From the IMG/VR virus record IMGVR_UViG_3300025133_008129: a DNA stretch of 64,000 bases; one strand, written 5' to 3'. The stretch comes from an uncultured virus (IMG/VR IMGVR_UViG_3300025133_008129). Its lineage: Duplodnaviria > Heunggongvirae > Uroviricota > Caudoviricetes. Both the position numbers and the translations under genes were made by a program. A model generated the notes under the pieces. That model was not told the DNA's origin. It worked only from the letters and a program-made list of their open reading frames with translations, and did no database searches. Below are positions 49,206-58,900 of the stretch, in pieces (the stretch's first letter is position 1; every line of letters starts with the position of its first letter).

Positions 49206-50741
49206 ATGGCTAAATTTCTTAATAAAAAAGAACAAGTAATAGATTTCCAATTAACCCCATACGGAAACTATCTGTTATCTACCGGTGTGCTCAAACCAGC
49301 TTATTATGCTTTCTATGATTCAAGCATCTTGTATGATAAAAGATACGCCCGCGGAACATATTGTAAATCCGCATCATGTGGCGCGCAGGAGATCACAGAG
49401 GTAAAGTTTATTAACGATACAAAAGCATACTATTCGCCGATGACAACAGACGCGTTCGGAAACTCCGTGCCTACTGAGTATTTAACCATATATAACGGAA
49501 CAACCCCCTACAACTTCTGGTTCAAAACAATCGACACCGACCGAGAACCCGGTACCGGTGTAGTGGGCACAAAACCTATGATCGATCTAATGTTAGGAGC
49601 TTTTCCAGACAAAGAGGCTATAGCAAAAGCGTTCTGGAGCCAGATTCACAACGGACCTTGGCCATTTACTGCGACGTATGCTGCTGGTCAAGAAGATGTA
49701 TATGTTACCGCTATAGCCAAAGGTCCATCAACCGATGTATCTCAGACAATGACGGCAAACGTCCTCACGGGATCGGTGCATCTCCAGGGAACTGCTCTAG
49801 AATCATTTCGGGCCATTTCAGATGTCCCAGTGGAAAATCAAAATGATATACATGAACGAATAAAGAGCGGCACTCAATATTTTGAGGGACTCACAACATT
49901 CTCAGATTTAGAGAGCAGCTCTATGAGAAAAAAAGACGGCCTCCCCTTGACAGCCACACCCGCTGAGGCAACAGAATTACAATTCGAATATGATTTGACG
50001 GCCATCAGAGAACGACCAGAAAAAGATATTTTTAAGTTTGATTCGGCCATCGGAGACGCGATGTTCGATAGTAATAAAAAACAACATGCACCAGCGTGGA
50101 AAATAGTAACTCTATCAGGGCACATATCTGGTTCATCCATTAAAGATATAAAAAACCAACAACTTATTCCACAAATCGATATGGATATGATATACTCTAA
50201 GGAAATAAAGAACTCTACGTTTATGTTTCAAGGCGATACCATAGCGGATACTATCGATAGTACTTCGATAACAAAAGAATTTTCGGATGGATATAAAATC
50301 ATGTTAAACTCGGAAGACATAGTAATATACACGGAAGAACAAAACACTTCGCTACTAACAGAAAATTTTGATATAGAAGTATATGAAATTCTTGCGGGAG
50401 CACACGACTCCCATGGAGACCTAGAAAGAGGCTCAGAAAGACTTATAAGAAGGTTTTTTCAAGGACAAAGCCCACAAATTATTGATGGCATGATGGTGAG
50501 AGAAACTATTAATGATTCTCTCACATCTAATCGAGGCTACACTACTTCGAGTGTAGAATATTATTTTGATTTATATACTGATACTAACGTCAATAAGAAA
50601 ATAGCATGCCAGGGAGCAGACACTTTCAACAAAGAATCATATTATGTTGATATTGATTTTGATTGTGAAAACAAACAATCAGAAGATGTATATTTTGATA
50701 TATATGGTCGCGCAACGGATCCAGAAATATGTCAGACCTAA
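49206..50741 (+). CDS. putative tail/baseplate structural protein
   Basis: N-terminal ID..LT..G...L..G...Y-F-D..I-Y motif shared with 60459 and 61548. Confidence 0.7.
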   Translation: MAKFLNKKEQVIDFQLTPYGNYLLSTGVLKPAYYAFYDSSILYDKRYARGTYCKSASCGAQEITEVKFINDTKAYYSPMTTDAFGNSVPTEYLTIYNGTTPYNFWFKTIDTDREPGTGVVGTKPMIDLMLGAFPDKEAIAKAFWSQIHNGPWPFTATYAAGQEDVYVTAIAKGPSTDVSQTMTANVLTGSVHLQGTALESFRAISDVPVENQNDIHERIKSGTQYFEGLTTFSDLESSSMRKKDGLPLTATPAEATELQFEYDLTAIRERPEKDIFKFDSAIGDAMFDSNKKQHAPAWKIVTLSGHISGSSIKDIKNQQLIPQIDMDMIYSKEIKNSTFMFQGDTIADTIDSTSITKEFSDGYKIMLNSEDIVIYTEEQNTSLLTENFDIEVYEILAGAHDSHGDLERGSERLIRRFFQGQSPQIIDGMMVRETINDSLTSNRGYTTSSVEYYFDLYTDTNVNKKIACQGADTFNKESYYVDIDFDCENKQSEDVYFDIYGRATDPEICQT

Positions 50742-53700
50742 CTGTTGATACAAAAAGAACTTTTGGCAAATACTTGCCGACGGCCACTATTAAGGGCGTC
50801 GTTATCGATGAACATATAAACGATAAAATGTCAACGGTAGAGATATCGGTAGATGTTAATTTTACAATAGACAAAGATATAAAAAACTATCAAAAAGCGG
50901 TGGCTGCTAATTATGATGACCTGTACCTTTATATTATATTTTGTAAAAACCATATCATAAATTCTATGATTTATTCAAGTAACTTAGATCTAAGAGATAT
51001 TTTTAAATTTAACCGGACATTAGCTACTACTATATCTGTAGAAGGATTAATAGAGTCAATTCTACTGGGCACCGGGTATTCTGCCACCGAAGAAGAAGCC
51101 ATAGAAACTTTCCAGATAAATATTAAAAAAGTAAGCCTTAAAGATTTAAAAAACAAAATAGTAGAAGATGGCTTGTATGATATAAATGGGGATCGTATAT
51201 TAAAAATTTCAAATATTAAAATGAAGACAAATTTTATAGATGATATCATGGCCGACGCCGCTTCAGCCATGGCCATCGCGTTTGTTGGCCGAGACGAAAA
51301 ACAACTAAGGAGATTACCAGAACCAATATATAAGAGAAACTTTGGAGATCTATCCTATGAACTATCTCTATCTAATAACAAGGTACCAGACACCACAGAA
51401 AATATATATGTTGATATTAATAACAATCAGTATAATGGCACTCCAATACAAACGGTCGGTGGAAGGTATCATGTCCCAGAGCCGATATCACATGCCGAGA
51501 TAGTTGATATGACTAATCAATTAATGTCTTCATATGCTAGTATCGGAGAAACAAGCGCTGTGCTATCGGCAGCATTCACAAACTTGTCTTACATTTTGGC
51601 GACACAAGAAAATAGTGAAGAGTTGTTGTTAAAAATGAATCTGTTTCGTAAGGGATATCCCGATAAATCAAACTCCACCGTCGCTGGAAGGTTTTATGAT
51701 CTGTTCAAAAGAAAGCTATTTCAATGGAACAGAAGCCTCCTCAATCAGCCGCGCCTTTATAAAAGATTAATTATAAATAGCAAAACAATCGATATACGCG
51801 GTAGAGATATGGAGATATACTCCTTATATATACCGGAATATGCCACCGGTATGTCATATGATAGCGATTATTATATAAATAACAACATGATCAATATTAA
51901 TAGAACAACTCAGCTAACGATTCCTCTTGAGGGCGCTGTATCAGATTACGTTCAGTTTGTGGCTGAAGAAGGTGCACTATATAGCCAGGCATTGTGGAAC
52001 AAAACATATGACCAAAACTTCGCGAATTCCTTAGATGAAACCTACATGGCTTCTGGATATGACACCAGCGCCGATGGAATAGTGCCAAATCAGATTGTTC
52101 CGCTCACTGACACCGACACAGTAGTTAAAAATAAGGGATTATTTTTCTTTGATTTAGAGCGCGCCCTCCACACTAAGAGTCAAATATCTAAAGTATTTAG
52201 AATTCATTATCTACAGAGATTTTTAGGTCTGCAAATACCATATAAGTTGTTTAGCGTTAGCCGAGCTTCCATCGAAAGAACGGAAAAAACTTTTACGACT
52301 CAAAATGAAGAAGAGGGCGACTGGAGGGGTGGTATCACCATCTTCGAAGGTATGGGCGCACCGGTCACGTACAATGAAAATCAAGTGACAATGAAGATGA
52401 ATGCAACATTCTATACTGACAGCGATTACCCCAAGCAATGGAGTAGCGACTGGTCCTTGGAATCTCCTTCGCTTAATTCTTATATGGCGTATGGATATCC
52501 ATATATATACAAATATGTTTTTGGTGGCGTCGACGATTACGATAGCCACAACTCACCAAATATGAACTTTTCGGCCGCTGAAGAGTGGGCATCCAGTGTG
52601 GGAGCGGGCACCACGGGCGAAGAACTTGATGAGGCCCGGGACGATGCCATGATGAAGGTGAGTAGCTATAATGGAACCTTGGAAGTTCCGTATTACGCAA
52701 CTGAATATGTGGCGATGGCCAACGAGGCCGCCACCGAAGCAAAGGCATTATCCTACTTAAAATTTAAAAACTTTGATTTGCCATTCAATGATTCTTCTAA
52801 TAGATTAGATGGCTATAATGGTCCCGTAGTAAGAAACGGATATCGTCTTATGTGTTTTGAGTTTCAAGACTTTATGGATGATGACGTAGCATACTACAAC
52901 ACTATAGGAACACACCATGGTGATCGCGAGAGCTGGTGGACAGATTACAGATTCGAAGTCGATACACTTGATAATACATATAAAATTTATAATGTGGTGA
53001 AAAAGTTGTTAGAGAGAGAATATGGGATGTTCATGGAATATTATCTAAAGGCGATAGAAGCCTGTAGTTATAACAATATAGAAGGAGTGTTTAACGAATT
53101 CTTTATAAGTGCAATGACTGAACTTGAAGCCTCTGGCGCTTTGGTCGCGTGGTACCGTGCTCCATTCATATATAATTCGGCCATGGCAGTACTAACAAAT
53201 AAATATGATGGCATTTTCTCCATGTCCGACATAGCCAACAAGATACTCGAAGATTCACAATATTTAGCCGGCCGCCTTTCACCAATGTCCGGAAATATGA
53301 GAGAAGTAAATTCCTTCAAAGAAAAGTTCGAACACCTTTTGGGAATGTTTAATAGCTCCTTAATCCCGCTTGAAAATCGCGGCCCAAATGCAGGAGCCGT
53401 GTATGACTTGTTTGTTGATGTTATGGGAACAGAACCTACAAACTATAAGAATGTGGGCCAACGATACACCCGGAATCGAGACATAACAGAAGATATATAT
53501 GGAAACTTGTATCTTAGCGCATGGACGAAAGACGACATTTACCCAGGCCAGGTATCTGGCCTTATAGAAGATACAACTACGGTCCCGGACGCCTGGGCGG
53601 AAGCCGCGGAAGAAGAAGCCGCGGCAGCAGAAGCAAGAAGAAACAGCGGCGCCGACATTGGTGTATGGACCAACGACTGGACCGACATAGATACAATAGA

Positions 53701-54235
53701 AATCAATGCTGGCCGCTACGATGAGGATCTCGGATACGTCGCAGCCGGCAGCGAGTGGGAAGAAGGCGCCTTAGTAACAAGCACCAGTGATTCATATAGT
53801 GGTTTAGGAGTGTATCTACAGCCCGGCACATATACAATATGGTTTAAAGACTCTGCAGGTGACGCCCGCACCCGATTCGTTGTTTTAACCATCGAAGAAG
53901 ATGCAGAAAGCCCGAATCGAGTTAAGCGTTATACCGGCGCCGGCGCGATATATACACATTCAGGAGTGGGTAGAGCCACAATAAGCTGGCCATACCGAAA
54001 AGCAGATTGTGGCGGTACCGATAGCTACGTGAGATTCACAAATAATTATGATAATAATCAGATCACCTCGGGCACCGCCAGAGGCGATGACTTATTTTGG
54101 GCGCAATATGAAGAACTCAGGCCCATGACCGATATGATCCCCACCATGTTTACCATCCACCGCGGCGTTCAAAACGACTCTTGGGAAACACCATGCGATG
54201 TGTGGAGAACGATGAGACTTTACCACCGCCCATAA
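50729..54235 (+). CDS. large hypothetical (probably virion) protein, 1168 aa
   Basis: Long ORF coupled to 49206; GC-richer C-terminal module after an AAEEEAAAAEA linker. Confidence 0.7.
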   Translation: MSDLTVDTKRTFGKYLPTATIKGVVIDEHINDKMSTVEISVDVNFTIDKDIKNYQKAVAANYDDLYLYIIFCKNHIINSMIYSSNLDLRDIFKFNRTLATTISVEGLIESILLGTGYSATEEEAIETFQINIKKVSLKDLKNKIVEDGLYDINGDRILKISNIKMKTNFIDDIMADAASAMAIAFVGRDEKQLRRLPEPIYKRNFGDLSYELSLSNNKVPDTTENIYVDINNNQYNGTPIQTVGGRYHVPEPISHAEIVDMTNQLMSSYASIGETSAVLSAAFTNLSYILATQENSEELLLKMNLFRKGYPDKSNSTVAGRFYDLFKRKLFQWNRSLLNQPRLYKRLIINSKTIDIRGRDMEIYSLYIPEYATGMSYDSDYYINNNMININRTTQLTIPLEGAVSDYVQFVAEEGALYSQALWNKTYDQNFANSLDETYMASGYDTSADGIVPNQIVPLTDTDTVVKNKGLFFFDLERALHTKSQISKVFRIHYLQRFLGLQIPYKLFSVSRASIERTEKTFTTQNEEEGDWRGGITIFEGMGAPVTYNENQVTMKMNATFYTDSDYPKQWSSDWSLESPSLNSYMAYGYPYIYKYVFGGVDDYDSHNSPNMNFSAAEEWASSVGAGTTGEELDEARDDAMMKVSSYNGTLEVPYYATEYVAMANEAATEAKALSYLKFKNFDLPFNDSSNRLDGYNGPVVRNGYRLMCFEFQDFMDDDVAYYNTIGTHHGDRESWWTDYRFEVDTLDNTYKIYNVVKKLLEREYGMFMEYYLKAIEACSYNNIEGVFNEFFISAMTELEASGALVAWYRAPFIYNSAMAVLTNKYDGIFSMSDIANKILEDSQYLAGRLSPMSGNMREVNSFKEKFEHLLGMFNSSLIPLENRGPNAGAVYDLFVDVMGTEPTNYKNVGQRYTRNRDITEDIYGNLYLSAWTKDDIYPGQVSGLIEDTTTVPDAWAEAAEEEAAAAEARRNSGADIGVWTNDWTDIDTIEINAGRYDEDLGYVAAGSEWEEGALVTSTSDSYSGLGVYLQPGTYTIWFKDSAGDARTRFVVLTIEEDAESPNRVKRYTGAGAIYTHSGVGRATISWPYRKADCGGTDSYVRFTNNYDNNQITSGTARGDDLFWAQYEELRPMTDMIPTMFTIHRGVQNDSWETPCDVWRTMRLYHRP

Positions 54236-54276
54236 GAATATTAGATACAGATACTATTTAGTTATAGGTATAAAGA

Positions 54277-54858
54277 ATGAAAAAAAACAAGAAATTGCCA
54301 GAGATAGGAAGCTTAGAAGAAGACAGAGAACATATGTTTATGTCGGACTTCAAATTTTCAAATAAGAAAGTTCAAAATATTGGATTAGCCCCAATGACGA
54401 CAAAAATTAAAAAAGGCCTTGACATCCTGGAACAACAAGGGATTCTTCCCAAAGAAGAATTCAAAAGAAATCCAAACGATATAGCGGAAAGATTCTTATT
54501 CGGAATCAATTGTGTTTTATCAGACGAAGATGTGGGATTCTCACTATTAGATTCCCAAACCGATCAAGAAGAAATACAAAATGTTAATATCTTCGACGCC
54601 CGAGAATTCTCAAATCTAAAAGCAAGCTATATAAAGACACCTGACAAATTTCAAGATGAATGTGATCCGTTTTATAATTTAGACGAGAGAATGCCAGAGA
54701 ACATCAGAAGAATGAAAAAGATGCGAAAAGAAAAAAGGAAGCCATACCTGTTAAAAGTAGCCTCTCAGGCTTCACAAATAAATCTGAAGAAGACGAGAAA
54801 CAAGAAAATAAGATATTTTAAAGACACAAGAAAGCTTAGAAAAGCAGGAGAGTTTTAA
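54277..54858 (+). CDS. hypothetical protein with a basic C-terminus
   Basis: 193-aa ORF preceded by the TACTATTTAG motif. Confidence 0.65.
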   Translation: MKKNKKLPEIGSLEEDREHMFMSDFKFSNKKVQNIGLAPMTTKIKKGLDILEQQGILPKEEFKRNPNDIAERFLFGINCVLSDEDVGFSLLDSQTDQEEIQNVNIFDAREFSNLKASYIKTPDKFQDECDPFYNLDERMPENIRRMKKMRKEKRKPYLLKVASQASQINLKKTRNKKIRYFKDTRKLRKAGEF

Positions 54859-55925
54859 TGGCGGACTACGGCGATATGTCACCCTCCACCCTTCCATGGG
54901 TTGGACTCACAGAAGACGCAACAGATTACACCCCACCGATCTCTGTGGTGTTGGATGACCCAATATTTGCCGATCTACCAGATGGCCACCAGCTTATGAG
55001 AAACAAGGTCTATTATTCATTGCCAGATGTAGATACACATGGATTTTTTAGTTCGCTTTCAACATTTGGGATCATCATGAAGGATACAGTATATTCTGTG
55101 CCTGACATCGCTGGCAAGGACGACAGAAGAGAAACTGAACCAGGAATGGACTATATATATGGCGAGGAACCAATTGTCTATAAAGATGCGGAATTCGTTT
55201 CTTCTTTAAAATCTGAGGGCTGGGATGACTTTAAAAATTATATTGGTAATGCCTATATAGATTCTCCATTTACTTGTTTTCGAGAAATAGAAAGGTATAT
55301 GAATTGGTTTGATTACGATGACGAAGAATTAGAATTTGGTTTTACTTGGAAAGACAAAAGCGCTGAGTGGAAACAATCAAATCAGCTGCGTTCGATCAAT
55401 AAGCCAGTGATCCTCCCAAGCGGTGTAGAGTATAATTATATCCTCGCCGAAGCACCATATATAGAGATAACTTCTGACAGATATACCGAGTCCGGCCCTG
55501 TCTGGGCCGATCCATTTGATGGTGATGGGTTCTCAGCCGAGTTTTCAGAGGGATATCGTCTATCGTCGATAGTTACATACCCATCGTGGCTGACGAATGA
55601 TTTAGTAAAGAGGTATAAATCAATTAATGCGGTTATGTCTAATATGAGTAGTTATATAGACGCACAAACACAATATTTGATGAATACGGGTTATCGAACT
55701 GTTCTTAAGAGACAGCTGACATCACGAGCACAAACAGTCACACGATTTATGAATAAGGAGTTCACAACGATGGCCGCCGGTAGTACTATATCGACGCAGG
55801 CCTCTGCTCAAGCTCAAGCGTTAATGCCAGGCTCTACTGCCCTCCCCACAGTACCTTCACCGACCCTGGATACATCGACAGTCACACCCATCGAAGACCC
55901 GATCGCGCCCGGCGGAGACTACTAA
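54858..55925 (+). CDS. acidic hypothetical protein with a Pro/Thr-rich tail
   Basis: 355-aa ORF, TAATG coupling, AGGAG RBS. Confidence 0.7.
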   Translation: MADYGDMSPSTLPWVGLTEDATDYTPPISVVLDDPIFADLPDGHQLMRNKVYYSLPDVDTHGFFSSLSTFGIIMKDTVYSVPDIAGKDDRRETEPGMDYIYGEEPIVYKDAEFVSSLKSEGWDDFKNYIGNAYIDSPFTCFREIERYMNWFDYDDEELEFGFTWKDKSAEWKQSNQLRSINKPVILPSGVEYNYILAEAPYIEITSDRYTESGPVWADPFDGDGFSAEFSEGYRLSSIVTYPSWLTNDLVKRYKSINAVMSNMSSYIDAQTQYLMNTGYRTVLKRQLTSRAQTVTRFMNKEFTTMAAGSTISTQASAQAQALMPGSTALPTVPSPTLDTSTVTPIEDPIAPGGDY

Positions 55926-55926
55926 T

Positions 55927-58900
55927 ATGCCTGACCCCGAACTTTTCTTTCCGCCCGGCTCGGTTGCCCCGGCCGGCCCACCACTGTATTCAACAGCGCA
56001 TGAAATAGACGATTCGCATGTATATACTTTTGTTGGACATGGCAATGTGGAGGGCGACGGAAACCATTTAAGAGAAGAAATAGGGAATATTTGGTCTATC
56101 GTCGACGGGAAAGAAGAAAACCAGTCACTCAACACTCGGGCACTTCCGTTATATAAGACTGAAAACTTAAACGGTATTGAAGTATTTCGTGCCAATAGTC
56201 GTTCAAGATATATTAAAGCGGTGGAGATTAATCCTTGTACGGTTAGAGTTTTGGAACCCACGCTAGCGGTACCAAATTATTTAATACCCGTTAGACTGTA
56301 TTCCGAACTAAACTTACCTGGCGGCGACCTATTTTGGAATACTTTATTTAGAGGAGGCCAAATCGGAGAGGACAACTATACATCTCTGCTTCCTTCTGAT
56401 GCCGTTTATTACAACACAATGTTTAAATATTCAATTCCATACACGATTCTGGAAATGAAAAAAACTGGGATAAGTTCAACAACCGCAGAACCAACAAATG
56501 TAGGATATGAATATAACGCATATCTTCACAGATATGAGTCATCAGTGAATAATAAAAAATCAGAACTTCTTATTCCAAATTATTATATGTTTAAATACAT
56601 AAAAGGGGCCAATGCTTCATATAAACAATACGCCACGTTAGAAAAAAAGGTTAGCTTAGGTATTTTAAGAAATGATTTATTTAAAAACAGAACTCGTTCA
56701 TTCTCTTATTTAGAAAAAGATTTTTCAGGCTATAGTTTTTCTCCCACACTCGAAGATGAAGTTACTAATTCACAAAAAAACATACTGTTCGATGATAAAT
56801 ACTATGAGAAAGAAAGGTATGACACAACTCAGCCAATGCCACAGAGCCTATTCCCATACGGAGTTAGAATCTCTATGCCGAATGATTCTGGAATAATAGA
56901 GAAAACTTCCAAGAGTAAGTATCGAATTAGAGATTCAATAATGAAGAATGATTTCTCAGCGAAGTTTTTGGAAATATTAAAAGATGTATATGATGAGAGT
57001 TTCCCGGATATAGCTCCGGGCTACTTAGAATATACTGTACAAAAATCCTCATTAGCTAAATCATCGACGCCACGTATGGGCCCACAGAAGGTTGAAACCA
57101 ACACAGTTAATAAGACACCTTATAAAACAATAGATTTTCTGGAGTTTTTAACACTTATATATAACAACTATTCTGCGTCTCTCAATGACGATTATTCCTT
57201 TGTGGGAAACGCCCGGGCAGCAGCCGCCGAAAGAAGCACGACATACTCGGCCACCGGATTTGACAGATATTTCAACAATAAGAATGTGATGGCAGTTCTA
57301 AATGATACAATCAAATATTCTAAAACCATTCTAAATGCAGATGATCTAAAATACATGAACTTACAAAATGTGATTAATATACAGGAGAATCCTGTAGAGA
57401 CTTTAGCTTATAGAATTGAAAAAGTCGCCGGCCAACAATCTGAGAATTCAACAAATAAAACAGTTCTACAAAACTTCTGGATGTTCAATTCTTCCCATAT
57501 GAAAAACTTGGATTTATTCGACACTCAGGTCAAATATGGCGAGAAATACACATACAATTGTTATGCATATGTTGTGGTTCCCTCCTATAGATATAAATAT
57601 ACGAATCTGAGGCTAACTAAACAAATAGCTAGAATAGATACAGATGGCGATGGAATCCCGGATCAATACTGCATGCAGTTTTATGATCCAGCAACAAATA
57701 ACTACGCAGAACAACTATTCTATGATGGTGCGGGGATGGTTTCATCCGCGCCCGGTTCATCGATTGGGACTGTAGATTTTGAATCCGGTCCAACTGGAAT
57801 GATAATTTCACCCATGTCTGCAGAGCCAGTTAGTGATGGTGAGGAGGTATACCCGTTTCCTCCGGACACGGTTGAAATGATGAGTCAGCAGGGCCAAGAT
57901 AATACTGAAAAGAAGAAGAAGTTAGAAGAAACTCTAGCGGGCTCATCCGATGGCATGGGCGGCGGAGGCCACCACGCCGGCAGCGGACAGAATTGGAACC
58001 ACGGAAGTTCGGGCGATCCGACTCATGACAGCCCCCCCGCCGGCGGCCCGGGCTATGTTGAGGGCGCCGGAGGCGGCTATGCCAGTCCCACCACCGGGTG
58101 GCGGTTCGGCCCGATGGAGGAGGAGGGAGAAGAAGAAGGCAGCGCCGGCGAAGGCATGGATGAAGAAGCATTCGCAGAGTTAATGGGTGTCATCAATAAT
58201 CTCAATACGGGGCTGAGTCCGGATGCCTTCGCCGCCTTTATGCAAGGCGCGACCTTTGGCGGCGGCGCCGACGAAGATGGCCCGGGCCACGATTCAGGCG
58301 GCTCCGGCGACGGCGGCGGCAGCGAAAGCGAGTGGTACGAAGTCCCCGGGGTCGATGAAAACCACGACGGCATTCCAGATGACGAGCAAACACCTGCGCC
58401 GTACGTCCGCGTCAACACCGGCGGCAAATGGGGCATCGGCATCACCGGCCTCCCGGGCAGCGCCTTCAACGATCCCGCTTCGGGCACCCCGACCGCCCCC
58501 TATGATCATCCCATTCAGTACCATGGCACCACCTTCAACGTACCGGCCATGGCCGGCGTACTCAAGAAGTCTTTTTTGAAAGCCGGAGACTGGACCGACG
58601 CCGACCAGGCCGCATACGATAAACGTTGGTGGGTTGCCCGGCAGGCCAATACCCCCGGCAACAAAGTCGAAGTAGCAAGTCCTTTCACGCAAGGAGGAGA
58701 ATCCGGTGGCGGCTCAAGAAGCATTGTTAGAAGCACAACCACCGCACCAATAAGAGACCCGTATGGTAGCAGCCCTTACTCTAACATCCAAGCCATGTCC
58801 AGTACTGGAGATTCAACCCCGCACCCGGGCACTACCGGCGGTAGCCCATATCCAGGGTCATCCATGCCCGGCGCCGGCCCCGCATTCTATGAGACTGGCC

